NCBI GenBank assembly: GCA_963851265.1
Contig: CAWKNZ010000009.1
Span: 141,028 to 205,027 of the forward strand
Source: an uncultured Gemmatimonadales bacterium
GTDB lineage: Bacteria > Gemmatimonadota > Gemmatimonadetes > Gemmatimonadales > Gemmatimonadaceae
Length of the DNA: 64,000 nucleotides
Direction: 5' to 3'
The position numbers were made by a program, and so were the translations under genes. Position 1 is the first letter of the stretch, and each line of letters begins with the position of its first letter. Positions 51,229 through 61,197 of the stretch are shown here, in pieces. The notes below the pieces were generated by a model. It had not been told where the DNA came from. It saw only the letters and a program-made list of their open reading frames with translations, and did no database searches.

Positions 51229-51765
51229 GCGCGTCGGGATGCATAGAGGCACGGGTCCCGCTCGCATCTGCGTGGCAGCACGCGTTCGACGGTCCAGGGA
51301 CCGCCGAGCTTCGGAATCGCTGATTGCGCGCCGCGGCGCGCTTGCCCTCATGCTGGTCGGCATCGCCGTCGTCCTCGCCGGAGTTGAGCAGCACCGGAGC
51401 GGCGCATTCAGCGCGTTCGTCCTGATCGTCGTCGTCGTGCTGATCGGCCTCCGCCGGCTGCGGCGCGTCGCGCCGGCGTTCCCCGGCTGACGCCCGCCGG
51501 CTTGCCCGGGGAGCGATCGCCGACTTGAGGCTCGCGCGGTGCGTGGGCTGCAGACGCCGTGCGTCGGGACCAGACAGCAGGTGCAGGGCCCCACCGAGCG
51601 CGGATGGCGGGGTGAACGGGCGCCGGCCCGTGCCGCGGCACCTCCGCGGCGATCGGGCCGGTGTAACCTGGACGACGCCGACTTGGACGGCGCCCGGCGT
51701 GTGGACGCGTGTTGGGATGCGTGTTCGGGACGTGGGCGCGGTGCGAGGCGGCAGAGGAATGCACC

Positions 51766-51939
51766 ATGCTGGACGTGAGAGAGCAGCAGAAGGGTGGCTT
51801 CCGCGCGTTCGCCGCGCGCGACGCCGAGCGTCGGGCCGCCGCCGAGGCGGCGCGTGTGGAGGCGTCCGTGATTGTGCCGGTCGAGGCTCCGGCCGGCGTC
51901 ACGGCCGCCCTCCTAGCCCCACGGGACCGCACGCCATGA
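51766..51939 (+). CDS. Small hypothetical protein
   Basis: GAGGA RBS; ATGA overlap with the next ORF. Confidence 0.4.
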   Translation: MLDVREQQKGGFRAFAARDAERRAAAEAARVEASVIVPVEAPAGVTAALLAPRDRTP

Positions 51940-52217
51940 CGACCGCGACGACCACGGACGACCGCCGACTCGGCGTGCTCGGACCGCTGTACGCCCGTTT
52001 CGACGCGATCGCCACCGGGCACGACCGCCACGGTAGCAGCCAGGCGGCCCACCGCGCCATCCTCGACCGGCTCGCCGCGAACGGGCGTGCGGCCGAGGCG
52101 GACGGGTGGACGGCGTGCGCGCTCGAGCGCGACGGCGGGTCGGGGCGGCTCCGGCTCATCGGCGTCGCGCCCCATTCGACGCGGCGCGTCGTAGTCCCCG
52201 ACGCCGGCAGCGCCTAA
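51936..52217 (+). CDS. Small hypothetical protein
   Basis: 93 aa, GC3-rich, translationally coupled to the previous ORF. Confidence 0.45.
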   Translation: MTTATTTDDRRLGVLGPLYARFDAIATGHDRHGSSQAAHRAILDRLAANGRAAEADGWTACALERDGGSGRLRLIGVAPHSTRRVVVPDAGSA

Positions 52218-52570
52218 CGTACAGGCGCCGCGTCTTCCGGCGTCGCGCCTACGAGCGCCGGGCCTACGAGCGCCGGGCCTACGAGCGCCGGGCCTACGAG
52301 CGCCGGGCCTACGGGCGCCGGGCCTACGGGCGCCGCGCTCACGGGCGCCGCGCCGGTCCACCGGCGCACGACCGGCGCGAGCACGCGCCGCGTGAAGACG
52401 AGGAGCGCCGCGACGAGCGGGATCGACACGACGAGGCCGAGCAGCCCGCCGACCGCGGCGCCCGCGAGGATCGCGACGATGACGAGCGTCTGCGGGATGT
52501 CCGTCGCGCGGCGCATGATGATCGGCGTGAGGACCTGCCCGCCGACGGTCGCGACCAGGTAAACCGTCAA
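52214..52570 (-). pseudogene. 3' fragment paralogous to the AI-2E transporter at 2008-3075
   Basis: VGGQVLTPIIMRRATDIPQTLVI...VVRRWTG is nearly identical to the C-terminus of that gene. Confidence 0.85.
52248..52352. repeat. 15-bp tandem repeat, 7 units (CCTACG[A/G]GCGCCGGG consensus)
   Basis: Read directly; encodes (P/L)VGPA repeats on the minus strand. Confidence 0.95.
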
Positions 52571-52668
52571 ACGCGCCTGCGGGCGCGAGCGCGCGACGCA
52601 ATAGGTTCAACGCGTCCCGATCGCGCGACGCGGCCGCGTCGCGCGGCTCACCTGATCCCAACTCCGCG

Positions 52669-52887
52669 ATGCCCGACAGCACGTTCCTCCAAGAGGTCGA
52701 AAGCCTGTTCGCGTCGTTCCGGGTCCACCTCGGTCAGACGGAGTACACCGAGAACGTGATCGGCGCCGATTACGTCCGGCTCTCGAACGGCAACATCACG
52801 CACCTGATCCCCGTCGACTCGATCCACTCGGTGCGGATCACGAACACGGTCGCGACGATCCTCCTGCGCGAAGCCAAGCGGGAGTAA
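52669..52887 (+). CDS. Small hypothetical beta-rich protein, 72 aa
   Basis: Complex amino-acid composition with high GC3, unlike the shadow ORFs. Confidence 0.6.
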   Translation: MPDSTFLQEVESLFASFRVHLGQTEYTENVIGADYVRLSNGNITHLIPVDSIHSVRITNTVATILLREAKRE

Positions 52888-52895
52888 CCTCACGC

Positions 52896-54187
52896 GTGAC
52901 CTCACGCGTGAGGTCGCGCGCGGCACGCCCGGGGCCGACCGACGCGCCCGACGGGGTGGCGCGCGGGCCGGTGGGTGGCAGTCGCGTGCGCGGCATCGGG
53001 CGGAGCGTCGCGGGGTTCATGCGCACGCTCGGGCCGGGCCTGATCTCCGGCGCGGTGGACGACGACCCGTCGGGGATCTCGACCTACTCGCAGGCGGGCG
53101 CCGCGTTCGGCGACGCCACGCTCTGGGGCGCGGTCGTGAGCTTCCCGCTCATGGCGGCCGTACAACTCATGTGCGCCCGCATCGGCTTCGTCGCGCGACG
53201 GGGGCTCGCGAGCGTGCTGCGCGAGCATTACCCGCGCTCGGTCCTCTGGGCCGCGTGCGCCCTGCTCCTCGTCGCCAACACGCTCAACATCACGGCGGAC
53301 CTCGGCGGCATGGCCGCGGGCGCGCGCCTGCTCACGGGCTGGCCCGCGGCGGTGTTCGTTCCCCTGTTCGCGGTCGCCATCGTCGCGCTGCTCGTGTTCG
53401 CGTCGTACGTACGGGTGGCGCGCGTGTTCTAGTGGCTCACGCTCGTCCTTCTCGCGTACGTGCTCACCGCGGTCCTGGCGCACCCCGGCTGACGGGCCGT
53501 GCTGCGCGGCACGGTGGTGCCGCACGTGGGCCGGTCGTCCGACTTCCTGCTTACCATCGTCGCCGTTCTCGGGACGACGATCTCGCCGTACCTGTTCTTC
53601 TGGCAGGCGTCGCAGGAGGCGGAGGAGGTCGCGGCGCGCGATCGGACGCGGGCGCACGGCACCCGCGTGCGGCGGCTCGACGTCCTACTCGGCACGTTCG
53701 CGTCGAACCTGATCATGTACGTCATCATCCTCACCGCGGGCGCAACGCTCCACGCGGCGGGGCTGACCGACGTCCACACGGCGGAGCAGGCCGCCACCGC
53801 GCTCCGCCCGCTCGCGGGACCGGCCGCGTCGCTCCCGTTCACGCTCGGGCTCGTCGGCACGGGGATGCTCGGCGTGCCGGTGCTCGCCGGGTCGGGCGCG
53901 TACGCCCTCGCGGAAGCCGCCGCGTGGCGGTGCGGGATGGACGAGACACCCAACACGGCGCCCCAGTTCTACGGCATCATCGCGCTCAGCATGGTCGTCG
54001 GGACCGCGCTTACCTTCGCCCGGGTCGACGCGATGCGGCTGCTCTTCTGGTCAGCCGTCGTGAACGGCGTGCTCGCGCCGCCATGCGCGACGACGCGAAC
54101 GGGTGGTGGCTCAACGCGCTCGGCGGGTAGGCCGCGCTGGCGATGGGCGCTGCAGCGGTGGCCCTGCTCGTGTCGGTCCTCCGCTGA
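52896..54187 (+). pseudogene. Nramp-family divalent metal transporter pseudogene
   Basis: DDDPSGISTYSQAGA and GTTISPYLFFWQ motifs; in-frame stops at 53430 and 53490; deletion/frameshift near 54082; further stop at 54128. Confidence 0.88.
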
Positions 54188-54980
54188 GGGGCGCGCGCAT
54201 ACGCGCGCGCGGTCGATGCGGGCCTCGCCCGCGGCGGCGTCCGCGCCACGCGGCTGCTTGAGCGCGGTTGCGTTGTCCACACCGGCGCCCCCGGTTGGTG
54301 GCCCCCGTCGGACAGCGCCCGCCCGCGGCCACCCGCTCGGCGAGCCCCTCGGGGGCAGCGCGCGCGCACACGGCCTCGACACCCCGTGTGTGCGCCGTGC
54401 GTTGGCAGGACACCTGCCCGTCCAGCGGCGCCATGACACACGACGCGCGATCCCCAGAGTCGGGCGACGCGGCCCTGCCCGCTCCCCTGGGCCACGCCGA
54501 CGTACGGGCCATCGCCGAACGGCTCGTGCAGGAACATCGCACGCCGACGGCTCTACCGCCGCCGACTCCGTCTCCGTCGCGAGCGGCCTCGCGCGCGCTA
54601 CCGCGCGGAACCGCCGGCGGTTCCTCGATACGGAACTCGCCATCGGCCACACGATGCTAAACGCGGCCGCGGTGACGGGGATGCCGGCGGTGCGGGCCAG
54701 GCGGGTCGCGCGCGCGCGCGGAAGCGGCGCACGACGAGATCGCCTGCCAGCTCGCACCCGATGCGCACCCCGCGCTTCCGACGGTCGATCAGACCGCGTT
54801 GGCAGAGGGTCTCGTCCGGCTCAAGGGGCGACTGGACGGGGCGGGCTGAGCACCGAGCGGCGATCGATCGCGACCGGACGCCACGCTATTCGCTACGCGA
54901 TTCGGCTCACCGGCCACGACCGCGGTGTTTCCACACCGTTGCGATGCGCACCCGCCCGTCCACAGCGATTCGAGCGGCGC

Positions 54981-55086
54981 GACGGGCCGCCACACGACGA
55001 ACGCCGAGCCGACACCGACGGTCCGCTCGACGCTGAGCTCCCGGCCCACGCGCCGGGCCAGGCCGCGGCTGATCATCAGCCCCCCC
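54981..55086 (-). pseudogene. Remnant of a histidine-kinase HATPase C-terminus
   Basis: GGLMISRGLARRVGRELSVERTVGVGSAFVVW resembles the G2-box end GLAISR-x-LAR-x-MGG-x-L-x-VES-x-x-G-x-GS-x-F. Confidence 0.5.
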
Positions 55087-55153
55087 CGCGCGTGCCTGAG
55101 ACGGCCGGGGCTCGGCAACGCACAATTCGGCAACGCGACTGCAACGACCGCGG

Positions 55154-55777
55154 CTAGGTCGCGCCGCGCCGGGTCGTATCCGTTGCGGCCGCGGGCGCGG
55201 TGTGCCGTACCGTGAGCGCGTGCAATCGGCGGACGCCGCGCGCCGGGCGGCCGTCGGTCGGCACGACGAGCCGCAACGGGCCCTCCGCGGGCCCGAGCGG
55301 CCGCCCGTCCCGCCGGTCGGCGAGCAGCACCGCGCGGCCGCCGAGGTCGGGGGCGAGTTCGCCGAGCGCGAACGCGACGCGGTACCCGTCGGCGGCCTCG
55401 ACGATCAGGACGTCGCCCAGCGCGGCGCCCCGGAGCGAGTCGACGCGCACGCCGGCGGCGCCCAGGGCGTCTTGCAGCCTGACGCCGGCGAACACGGCCG
55501 CGCGCCCGTGCTCGGTCACGCGGACCTTGTGTCGCGACAGGGCCGCGAGGGCGGCCGCGTCGAGCACGGCCGAGTCGCCGTCCGCGCGACGGACGACGAC
55601 GGACCCTGCGGCCGTCTGGGGGAGCGCCGCCGGGGCCTGCGCTGCGGCCTGCGCCGCGGCCGGGGTGGTGCGCACCAGCGCGAGCGCCAGCGCGCAGGGC
55701 GCGAGCGCGCGCCACGCGGGGCGGTGGGGATGCGGGCCGGATCGCGGGCCGGATCGCGGGCCGGAGCAGAAGGGCAT
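55154..55777 (-). CDS. Exported molybdopterin-dependent oxidoreductase-like (Oxidored_molyb-fold) protein
   Basis: FAGVRLQDAL, EAADGY, LLADRRDGRPL and GPLRLVVP motifs; signal peptide. Start uncertain. Confidence 0.7.
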   Translation of the reverse strand: MPFCSGPRSGPRSGPHPHRPAWRALAPCALALALVRTTPAAAQAAAQAPAALPQTAAGSVVVRRADGDSAVLDAAALAALSRHKVRVTEHGRAAVFAGVRLQDALGAAGVRVDSLRGAALGDVLIVEAADGYRVAFALGELAPDLGGRAVLLADRRDGRPLGPAEGPLRLVVPTDGRPARGVRRLHALTVRHTAPAAATDTTRRGAT

Positions 55778-56360
55778 GCCTGAAGATACCGAATCGCCTC
55801 GGGTCCATCTGCGGCCACGCGCGGGGCGCGAAGACGCGTGCGCGATTGCCGCCGCGGACAGCACGACAGACGCCGTGACGTACACCGCCGCTTGCCGCAC
55901 CGACGCGGGGCTAGGCCCGGCGGCGACACTCATCACCGTTTACCGAATAACGCGATGTGGTATCACTTTACACGGCTGATAATCGGCCGGGTGATCCGTA
56001 GGCGGCGACGCGTGTAGCGCTGTCGTCACGTTCGCAGAACGATCCGGAATGCGTGTACCGGCTTCGGAACAGCGCGGTTTCCAAAGTCGTGTCACACCTG
56101 GCGTGCCCTGGTCAGATCCGCACGTTGGAATCCCTACACTCCGTCCATGGTGTACGCGACGCAGTTCGAGTGGGACACAGCGCCGCAGGCCGACATCGCC
56201 GGACTCACGCGATCGGTTCTCCTGAGAACCTGGGGCGGTTCAGAGACGGGCAGCCGGGATGCGGCCGGTGAGCCCGGCTACTTTGCGGGAGTCCGCCGGC
56301 TCGCAATTGTGCAAGGAGCGCTTGCACAATTGCGAGCCCGACTCGCCCCTGCGCCCGCTC

Positions 56361-57521
56361 GTGCCACCCGCTCTCCCCTCCGGCTACCCCGCCGTCCTCG
56401 CCGAACTCACTGCGAAGGTCCGCGCCGCCCAGGTGCGGGCGGCGGTCGCGGTCAACGCGGCGCTCGTGGGGCTCTATTGGGAGATCGGTCGCACCGTGCT
56501 CCACGCGCAAGCGGCGGAGGGCTGGGGCACCAAGGTGGTGGACCGGCTCGCCGCCGATCTCCGGCGTGCGTTTCCCGAGGTCCGTGGGTTCTCGCCGCGT
56601 AACCTGCGCTACATGCGCGCGCTCGCCGAGGCGTGGCCGACGGGTGTCGCGGAACCTCCACTCGCGAGCGTCTCGTGGTACCAGCACGTCGCGCTGCTCG
56701 ACAAGATCGCCACGCCCGACGAGCGCCGCTGGTACGCGGCGCAGGCCGTCGAGCACGGGTGGTCGCGCAACGTACTCGCGCATCACATCGACACCGACCT
56801 GCGCGGTCGGCAGGGCAAGGCCCTCACGAACTTCTCGCGCACGCTGCCCGCGCCGCAGTCGGATCTCGCGCAGGAGATCACGAAGAGCCACTACGTGTTC
56901 GACTTCCTGGAGCTCTCCGCCCGGGCGGACGAGCGGGCGCTGGAGCGCGGACTGATCGCGCGCTTCCGCGACTTCTTCCGTGAACTGGGCCGCGGATTCG
57001 CGTTCCTCGGTAGCCAATACCCGCTCGAGGTCGACGGCCGGGAGTACCGGGTCGACCTGCTGTTCTACCACGTTCGGCTGCACTGCTACGTGGTCGTCGA
57101 ATTGAAGGTGGGCGAGTTCGAGCCCGCGGACGCAGGGCAGCTCGGGTTCTACGTCACGGCCGTCGACCGACAGATGCGCGACCCGGCGCGGGACGAGCCG
57201 ACACTTGGTCTGCTGCTATGCCGAAGCCGGAGCGAGTTAATCGTGGAGTACACGCTTCAGGGCGTGCACAAGCCGTTAGGGATCACCACGTACGACCACC
57301 TGACGGCGCTGCGGCCCGGGCTGCCCCAGGCGCTCCCGTCGCCGGAAGAGCTGCAGCGCGAGTTCGCCGACGCGGAACGCGCGACCGAGCGCGAGGGACG
57401 CGGACGCGCGTCGAGGACGGACGCCGAGTCGACGCACGCCGAGTCGACGCACGCCGAGTCGACGCACGCCGAGTCGACGGACGCCGAGTCGACGCACGCC
57501 GATGCGCCCGTCGTTGACTAA
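56361..57521 (+). CDS. DUF1016/YhcG PD-(D/E)XK nuclease-like protein
   Basis: LYWEIG, GWGTKVVDRL, GFSPRNL, ELGRGFAF, VDLLFYH and VVVELK motifs. Confidence 0.92.
   Translation: MPPALPSGYPAVLAELTAKVRAAQVRAAVAVNAALVGLYWEIGRTVLHAQAAEGWGTKVVDRLAADLRRAFPEVRGFSPRNLRYMRALAEAWPTGVAEPPLASVSWYQHVALLDKIATPDERRWYAAQAVEHGWSRNVLAHHIDTDLRGRQGKALTNFSRTLPAPQSDLAQEITKSHYVFDFLELSARADERALERGLIARFRDFFRELGRGFAFLGSQYPLEVDGREYRVDLLFYHVRLHCYVVVELKVGEFEPADAGQLGFYVTAVDRQMRDPARDEPTLGLLLCRSRSELIVEYTLQGVHKPLGITTYDHLTALRPGLPQALPSPEELQREFADAERATEREGRGRASRTDAESTHAESTHAESTHAESTDAESTHADAPVVD
57421..57502 (+). repeat. 15-bp tandem repeat, about 5.5 units (ACGCCGAGTCGACG[C/G])
   Basis: Read directly; encodes (H/D)AEST repeats at the C-terminus of the DUF1016 protein. 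Confidence 0.95.
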
Positions 57522-57557
57522 CACACCATCCCGGTCCGAGAGCTCAGGAGCGCTCGC

Positions 57558-58271
57558 ATGACGCGACCCTCGTCGCAGGCCGCAGCGAAACGCGCTTCTA
57601 CGACTGGAGCGAAGCTCGCGGGGGCGCAGCCACCACACCCGCCACCACCGGGGCGGGGACACGATCTCGTGCTGCACGTGGCTCTGCGGGACGTCGCGCC
57701 GCTGATCTGGCGCCGGCTCCGCGTGCCGGATCGCCTCACGCTGCACCAGCTCCACCGCGTTCTACAGCTGGCGTTCGGGTGGCTGGACTACCATTTGTAC
57801 GAGTTCGCGCCGGAGACGGCGGGCCGCCGTGGTCGGGGCGCGCCGGTGCGCTACACCGTCCCGGACCCCGAGTGGGACGACCCCGACGACTCCGCCGAGG
57901 CGCGCGATAGCCAGCACGTCACGCTCCGAGCGCTCGCGCTCCGGCGCGGAGCGCGGCTGAGCTACCGGTACGATTTCGGCGACGATTGGGTGCACGACCT
58001 CACGGTCGAGCGCGTGGTCGCCTCGCCGGCTCCCGACGAGGCGCTCCCGATGATTCTCGACGGTGCCCGCGCCGGGCCGCCGGAGGACGTGGGGGGCGTG
58101 CTCGGCTACGCGCGGCTGCTTGAGGTGCTCGCGGACTCGAAGGACCCCGAGTACGCGGAGACGAAGGCGTGGGCGGGCCTGTGGGGCGGGGCGGCGTACG
58201 ACCCCGAGCGCTTCGATCCGTGGCTCGCGAACCGCACGCTCATGCTCGTCGCCGCGTGGGGTGCCCTGTGA
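57558..58271 (+). CDS. Plasmid pRiA4b ORF-3 family protein
   Basis: IWRRLRVP, HLYEF, YRYDFGDDWVH and GARAGPPEDVGG motifs; AGGAG RBS. Confidence 0.9.
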   Translation: MTRPSSQAAAKRASTTGAKLAGAQPPHPPPPGRGHDLVLHVALRDVAPLIWRRLRVPDRLTLHQLHRVLQLAFGWLDYHLYEFAPETAGRRGRGAPVRYTVPDPEWDDPDDSAEARDSQHVTLRALALRRGARLSYRYDFGDDWVHDLTVERVVASPAPDEALPMILDGARAGPPEDVGGVLGYARLLEVLADSKDPEYAETKAWAGLWGGAAYDPERFDPWLANRTLMLVAAWGAL

Positions 58272-58472
58272 GCGTGGTAGTGCCCTCGCCACAGTGGGCG
58301 TCGTGCGGCGAGCGATTCCGAATCCCGAAACGCGTCCCGCAATGCGGTCGCCGCCGTCGGTCGCGGATCCGGTAAACCCTGAGTTTAGGCGTCCCACATG
58401 GAGCGTTTCCGGCCATCCGCGTCCGGAAACGCGCCGCGCGGCTGGTGAGAGCGCATCAGACCCGTGACGTGA

Positions 58473-59087
58473 TCATCGCGCCCGATCACCGGACCCGCGT
58501 GAGCGTCGGACGTCGGCATCGGCCTTCATCCAACGCGCGAGCCCGGCGGCGTGGGCCAGCGCGCCCATGCTTCCGAAGTGCCGGTACACCGTCGGGTGCG
58601 ATGGGAGGTACGGCGTCCCGGCGAACTCCTTCTGCACGGGCATCCGCCCGCCATGCGTCCGGGCAAATCGCTGCACCGCCGCGATGATCGTGTGCGCGGT
58701 CCATCCCCGCGTGCGCCGCGGTCGTCCGGCCTGACACTGCCGCCAGAGGCGCCGAATCCCCGGGAGACGCCCCGATCCTTCGAGACACTGCCACGCGGTG
58801 CGGGATCGTCCCGTCTTCTGGGCGAACTCGGTCGCACCCCGGCACGTGCGCGCCAGCGCGAGCACTGCCTGTGGGTCTCGATGAATCGACGACCCGCGCA
58901 CGCGTGGCCGGTCGATCCACGCAGGAAGGGGGTGCCCCTCACGCCGCAGGCGAACGACGCGTTGCCGGATCCGCTCGCGGGACACGCCCAACTGATCGGC
59001 CACTTCCGCAAAGGACGATGCGCGATGCAGGCGATGCAACAGCTCGAGATCGCGCGCCGAGGCGTGCGTCGGGGCCCGTGTCAACAC
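58473..59087 (-). CDS. HTH protein with a homing-endonuclease-associated repeat
   Basis: N-terminal FAEVADQLGVSRERIRQ (sigma-4-like HTH); C-terminal WTAHTIIAAVQRF...LPSHPTVYRHFGS...AAGL. Confidence 0.65.
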   Translation of the reverse strand: MLTRAPTHASARDLELLHRLHRASSFAEVADQLGVSRERIRQRVVRLRREGHPLPAWIDRPRVRGSSIHRDPQAVLALARTCRGATEFAQKTGRSRTAWQCLEGSGRLPGIRRLWRQCQAGRPRRTRGWTAHTIIAAVQRFARTHGGRMPVQKEFAGTPYLPSHPTVYRHFGSMGALAHAAGLARWMKADADVRRSRGSGDRAR

Positions 59088-59404
59088 CGGGCGCAGCGGT
59101 TGAGCGTGAGGCAGGCGTGCATTGCGGTGGTGACCACCCGTCGATCGAACGCCGCGAGCGGGGCGACGCGGGGGACCGACGGAGCGGACGTGTGGCGTGT
59201 CGTCCCGTAGGATTCCTGCGATGTCGCGCGCACCAGGGGCGTGGTACGCCGAACACGCCTAACGTGGGGCTTCTGACTGAGGGCGAGGGGAATCATCCTC
59301 ATCGTGGACACGCGTCGCTGCTCGGGCGTTGTCGCAGATTGTGGCCGGGCGGCGAGACGGCGCTCCGTTCTCGATGTGCCACCCCCCGCCCGGCCACGAT
59401 CTGC

Positions 59405-61141
59405 TCAATACCCGGGATTCTGCTGGTATAACCCCTGCGTGAAGTTGATCTGGTTCTGCGGGATCGGCAGGTACTCGTCACGGCCCGCCGTAAAGTGACT
59501 GCCCTGCAGGTAGTCGTGCCGTGTCTGCTCGACGGCGAGGTACGCGTTGACCTCCTGGGCCGCGATCCCCCAGCGCACGAGGTCGAAGAAACGCCGGCCC
59601 TCCATCGCGAACTCGAGCCGCCGCTCGAAGCGGAGCGCCTGCCGCGCGTAGTCCTGCGTCCAGCCGGCACCGGAGTAGGGCTGGATCTTGTAGCTCGAGA
59701 TCGGCGCGCCGCTCGCGTATTTCAACTTACCGGTGCTCGCCGCCGCGCGCGTGCGGATCTGGTTGATAAGCGGAAGCGCCTCGGCCGGACGCCCGAGTTC
59801 GATGAGCGCCTCCGCGCGCATGAGGAGCACGTCCGCGTACCGGATCACCTCGATGTCCTTCGAACTCGCGAAGAACGGTCCGACCTTCACCACGCACCCG
59901 CAGGACGGGTCCTGCAGCTCCTTCATGGACGAGTGGGCGCCGTACACCTGCGGCGTCCGCGTCCAGCTCGAATCGAAGATGAAGGTCGGGTCGGCCTTGA
60001 ACGGGTGCCCGACGATGCCCACCGTGTAATCGAGCCGTGGATCGACAGTGTTGGTCTGGAAGCTCGCAGAGTCGACGAGGCTCGTCTGATTGTACGTGGT
60101 GAACTGCGGGAGGCCGTTCGCGTCCGTCTTGAACGCGTTGATGAGGTTCTGGCTCGGGATGTGGAACCAGCAGCAGCCGTACGCCTTCGTCATCGTGTAG
60201 TTGAGACCGTTCCCCATGTCGACGCGGCCGTTCGGCGTGCCGTCCGACTGCGACATGATGATCTTGAAGATCGCCTCGCTGTTCTTCTCGGTCGCGAACT
60301 GGAAGCTGTCGCCGAAGTTCGCGGTGAGCGCGTACGGGCCCGTCATCACGTCGCCCGTCAGTGTGAGGACGTCCTGCAGCTTGCTCTGGTCGATGCTTGT
60401 CACCTGATGCGCGTCGTTCTGGACGTACGCGCGGAACAGCTGCACCTTCGCGAGGTAGGCCTCGGCGGCGAACTTGTTGGCGCGGCCCTCGTCACCGCCG
60501 AGATTGGGGCCCTGGTTGTTCGGGAGGTTGGCCGCCGCGAAGCGGAAATCGGCCGCGATGTTGCTCCAGAGCGAGTCGTTGCTGAGGGCGACGTTCGAGA
60601 CTTTCGGGTACTGGTTGACGTCGAGGTTCTCGTCGATCCAGGGGACGCGGTTGAACAGCTCCTTGAGGATGAAGTAGAAATGCCCGCGCACGAAGCGCAT
60701 CTCCGCCTGGCGCGTCACCTTGTCCGGCATGGTCGTCGTGCTGACGGCGTCCAGCCGCCGCAGGGCGTCGTTCGCCCGCCCGATGCCGACATAGAGCTGG
60801 TAGAACATCTGATCGAACGGCCCGAGCGTCGGCTGGACGAGGGTGAAGTGCTCGAGGTCGTTGTATTCGTTGACGTCGCCCGTCCCGCCGCCGCCCTTGT
60901 AGGCGTCGCCCGACCGCAGGTCGCCGTACGGCCACGGGCTTGAGTACGGGTAAATCCAGTAGTCGTTACCGAGCCCGGCGTACGCCGCGGTGACCATGCC
61001 CTCGATGTTGGTCGACGTGTTCAGGTCCGTGCTGCTGACCACGCCCGCGGGGTTCTTCTTGAGGAAGTCATTACACCCGGCGAGCGGGAGGACAGCGGCG
61101 CCCAACGCCGCTGTCGCGAGTAAGAACCGTATCGTCTTCAT
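59405..61141 (-). CDS. RagB/SusD family nutrient-binding lipoprotein
   Basis: Lipobox LAGC; AEMRFVRG, IRYADVLLMRAEA and ERRLEFAMEG-x-RFFDLVRWG; C-terminal QNPGY. Confidence 0.93.
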   Translation of the reverse strand: MKTIRFLLATAALGAAVLPLAGCNDFLKKNPAGVVSSTDLNTSTNIEGMVTAAYAGLGNDYWIYPYSSPWPYGDLRSGDAYKGGGGTGDVNEYNDLEHFTLVQPTLGPFDQMFYQLYVGIGRANDALRRLDAVSTTTMPDKVTRQAEMRFVRGHFYFILKELFNRVPWIDENLDVNQYPKVSNVALSNDSLWSNIAADFRFAAANLPNNQGPNLGGDEGRANKFAAEAYLAKVQLFRAYVQNDAHQVTSIDQSKLQDVLTLTGDVMTGPYALTANFGDSFQFATEKNSEAIFKIIMSQSDGTPNGRVDMGNGLNYTMTKAYGCCWFHIPSQNLINAFKTDANGLPQFTTYNQTSLVDSASFQTNTVDPRLDYTVGIVGHPFKADPTFIFDSSWTRTPQVYGAHSSMKELQDPSCGCVVKVGPFFASSKDIEVIRYADVLLMRAEALIELGRPAEALPLINQIRTRAAASTGKLKYASGAPISSYKIQPYSGAGWTQDYARQALRFERRLEFAMEGRRFFDLVRWGIAAQEVNAYLAVEQTRHDYLQGSHFTAGRDEYLPIPQNQINFTQGLYQQNPGY

Positions 61142-61197
61142 GTCGTATCAGTCCGGAGGTGGTGTTCGACGGGGAGCGTGAGGACGCGGGTGCGTGC

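Noticed and set aside
53430..53492. Stop-codon recoding (Pyl/Sec) in the Nramp gene
   Set aside because: The stops are one base from plausible Lys and Trp codons, and the gene also has a deletion and a third stop, so simple decay explains it.
52248..57502. The 15-bp repeats as CRISPR arrays
   Set aside because: The units are contiguous with no spacers, are in-frame coding VNTRs, and there are no cas genes.
28031..58345. Shared 16-mer ACGCGTCCCG(A/C)AATGC at 28031 and 58330
   Set aside because: A 15/16 match is expected by chance in 64 kb of GC-rich DNA.
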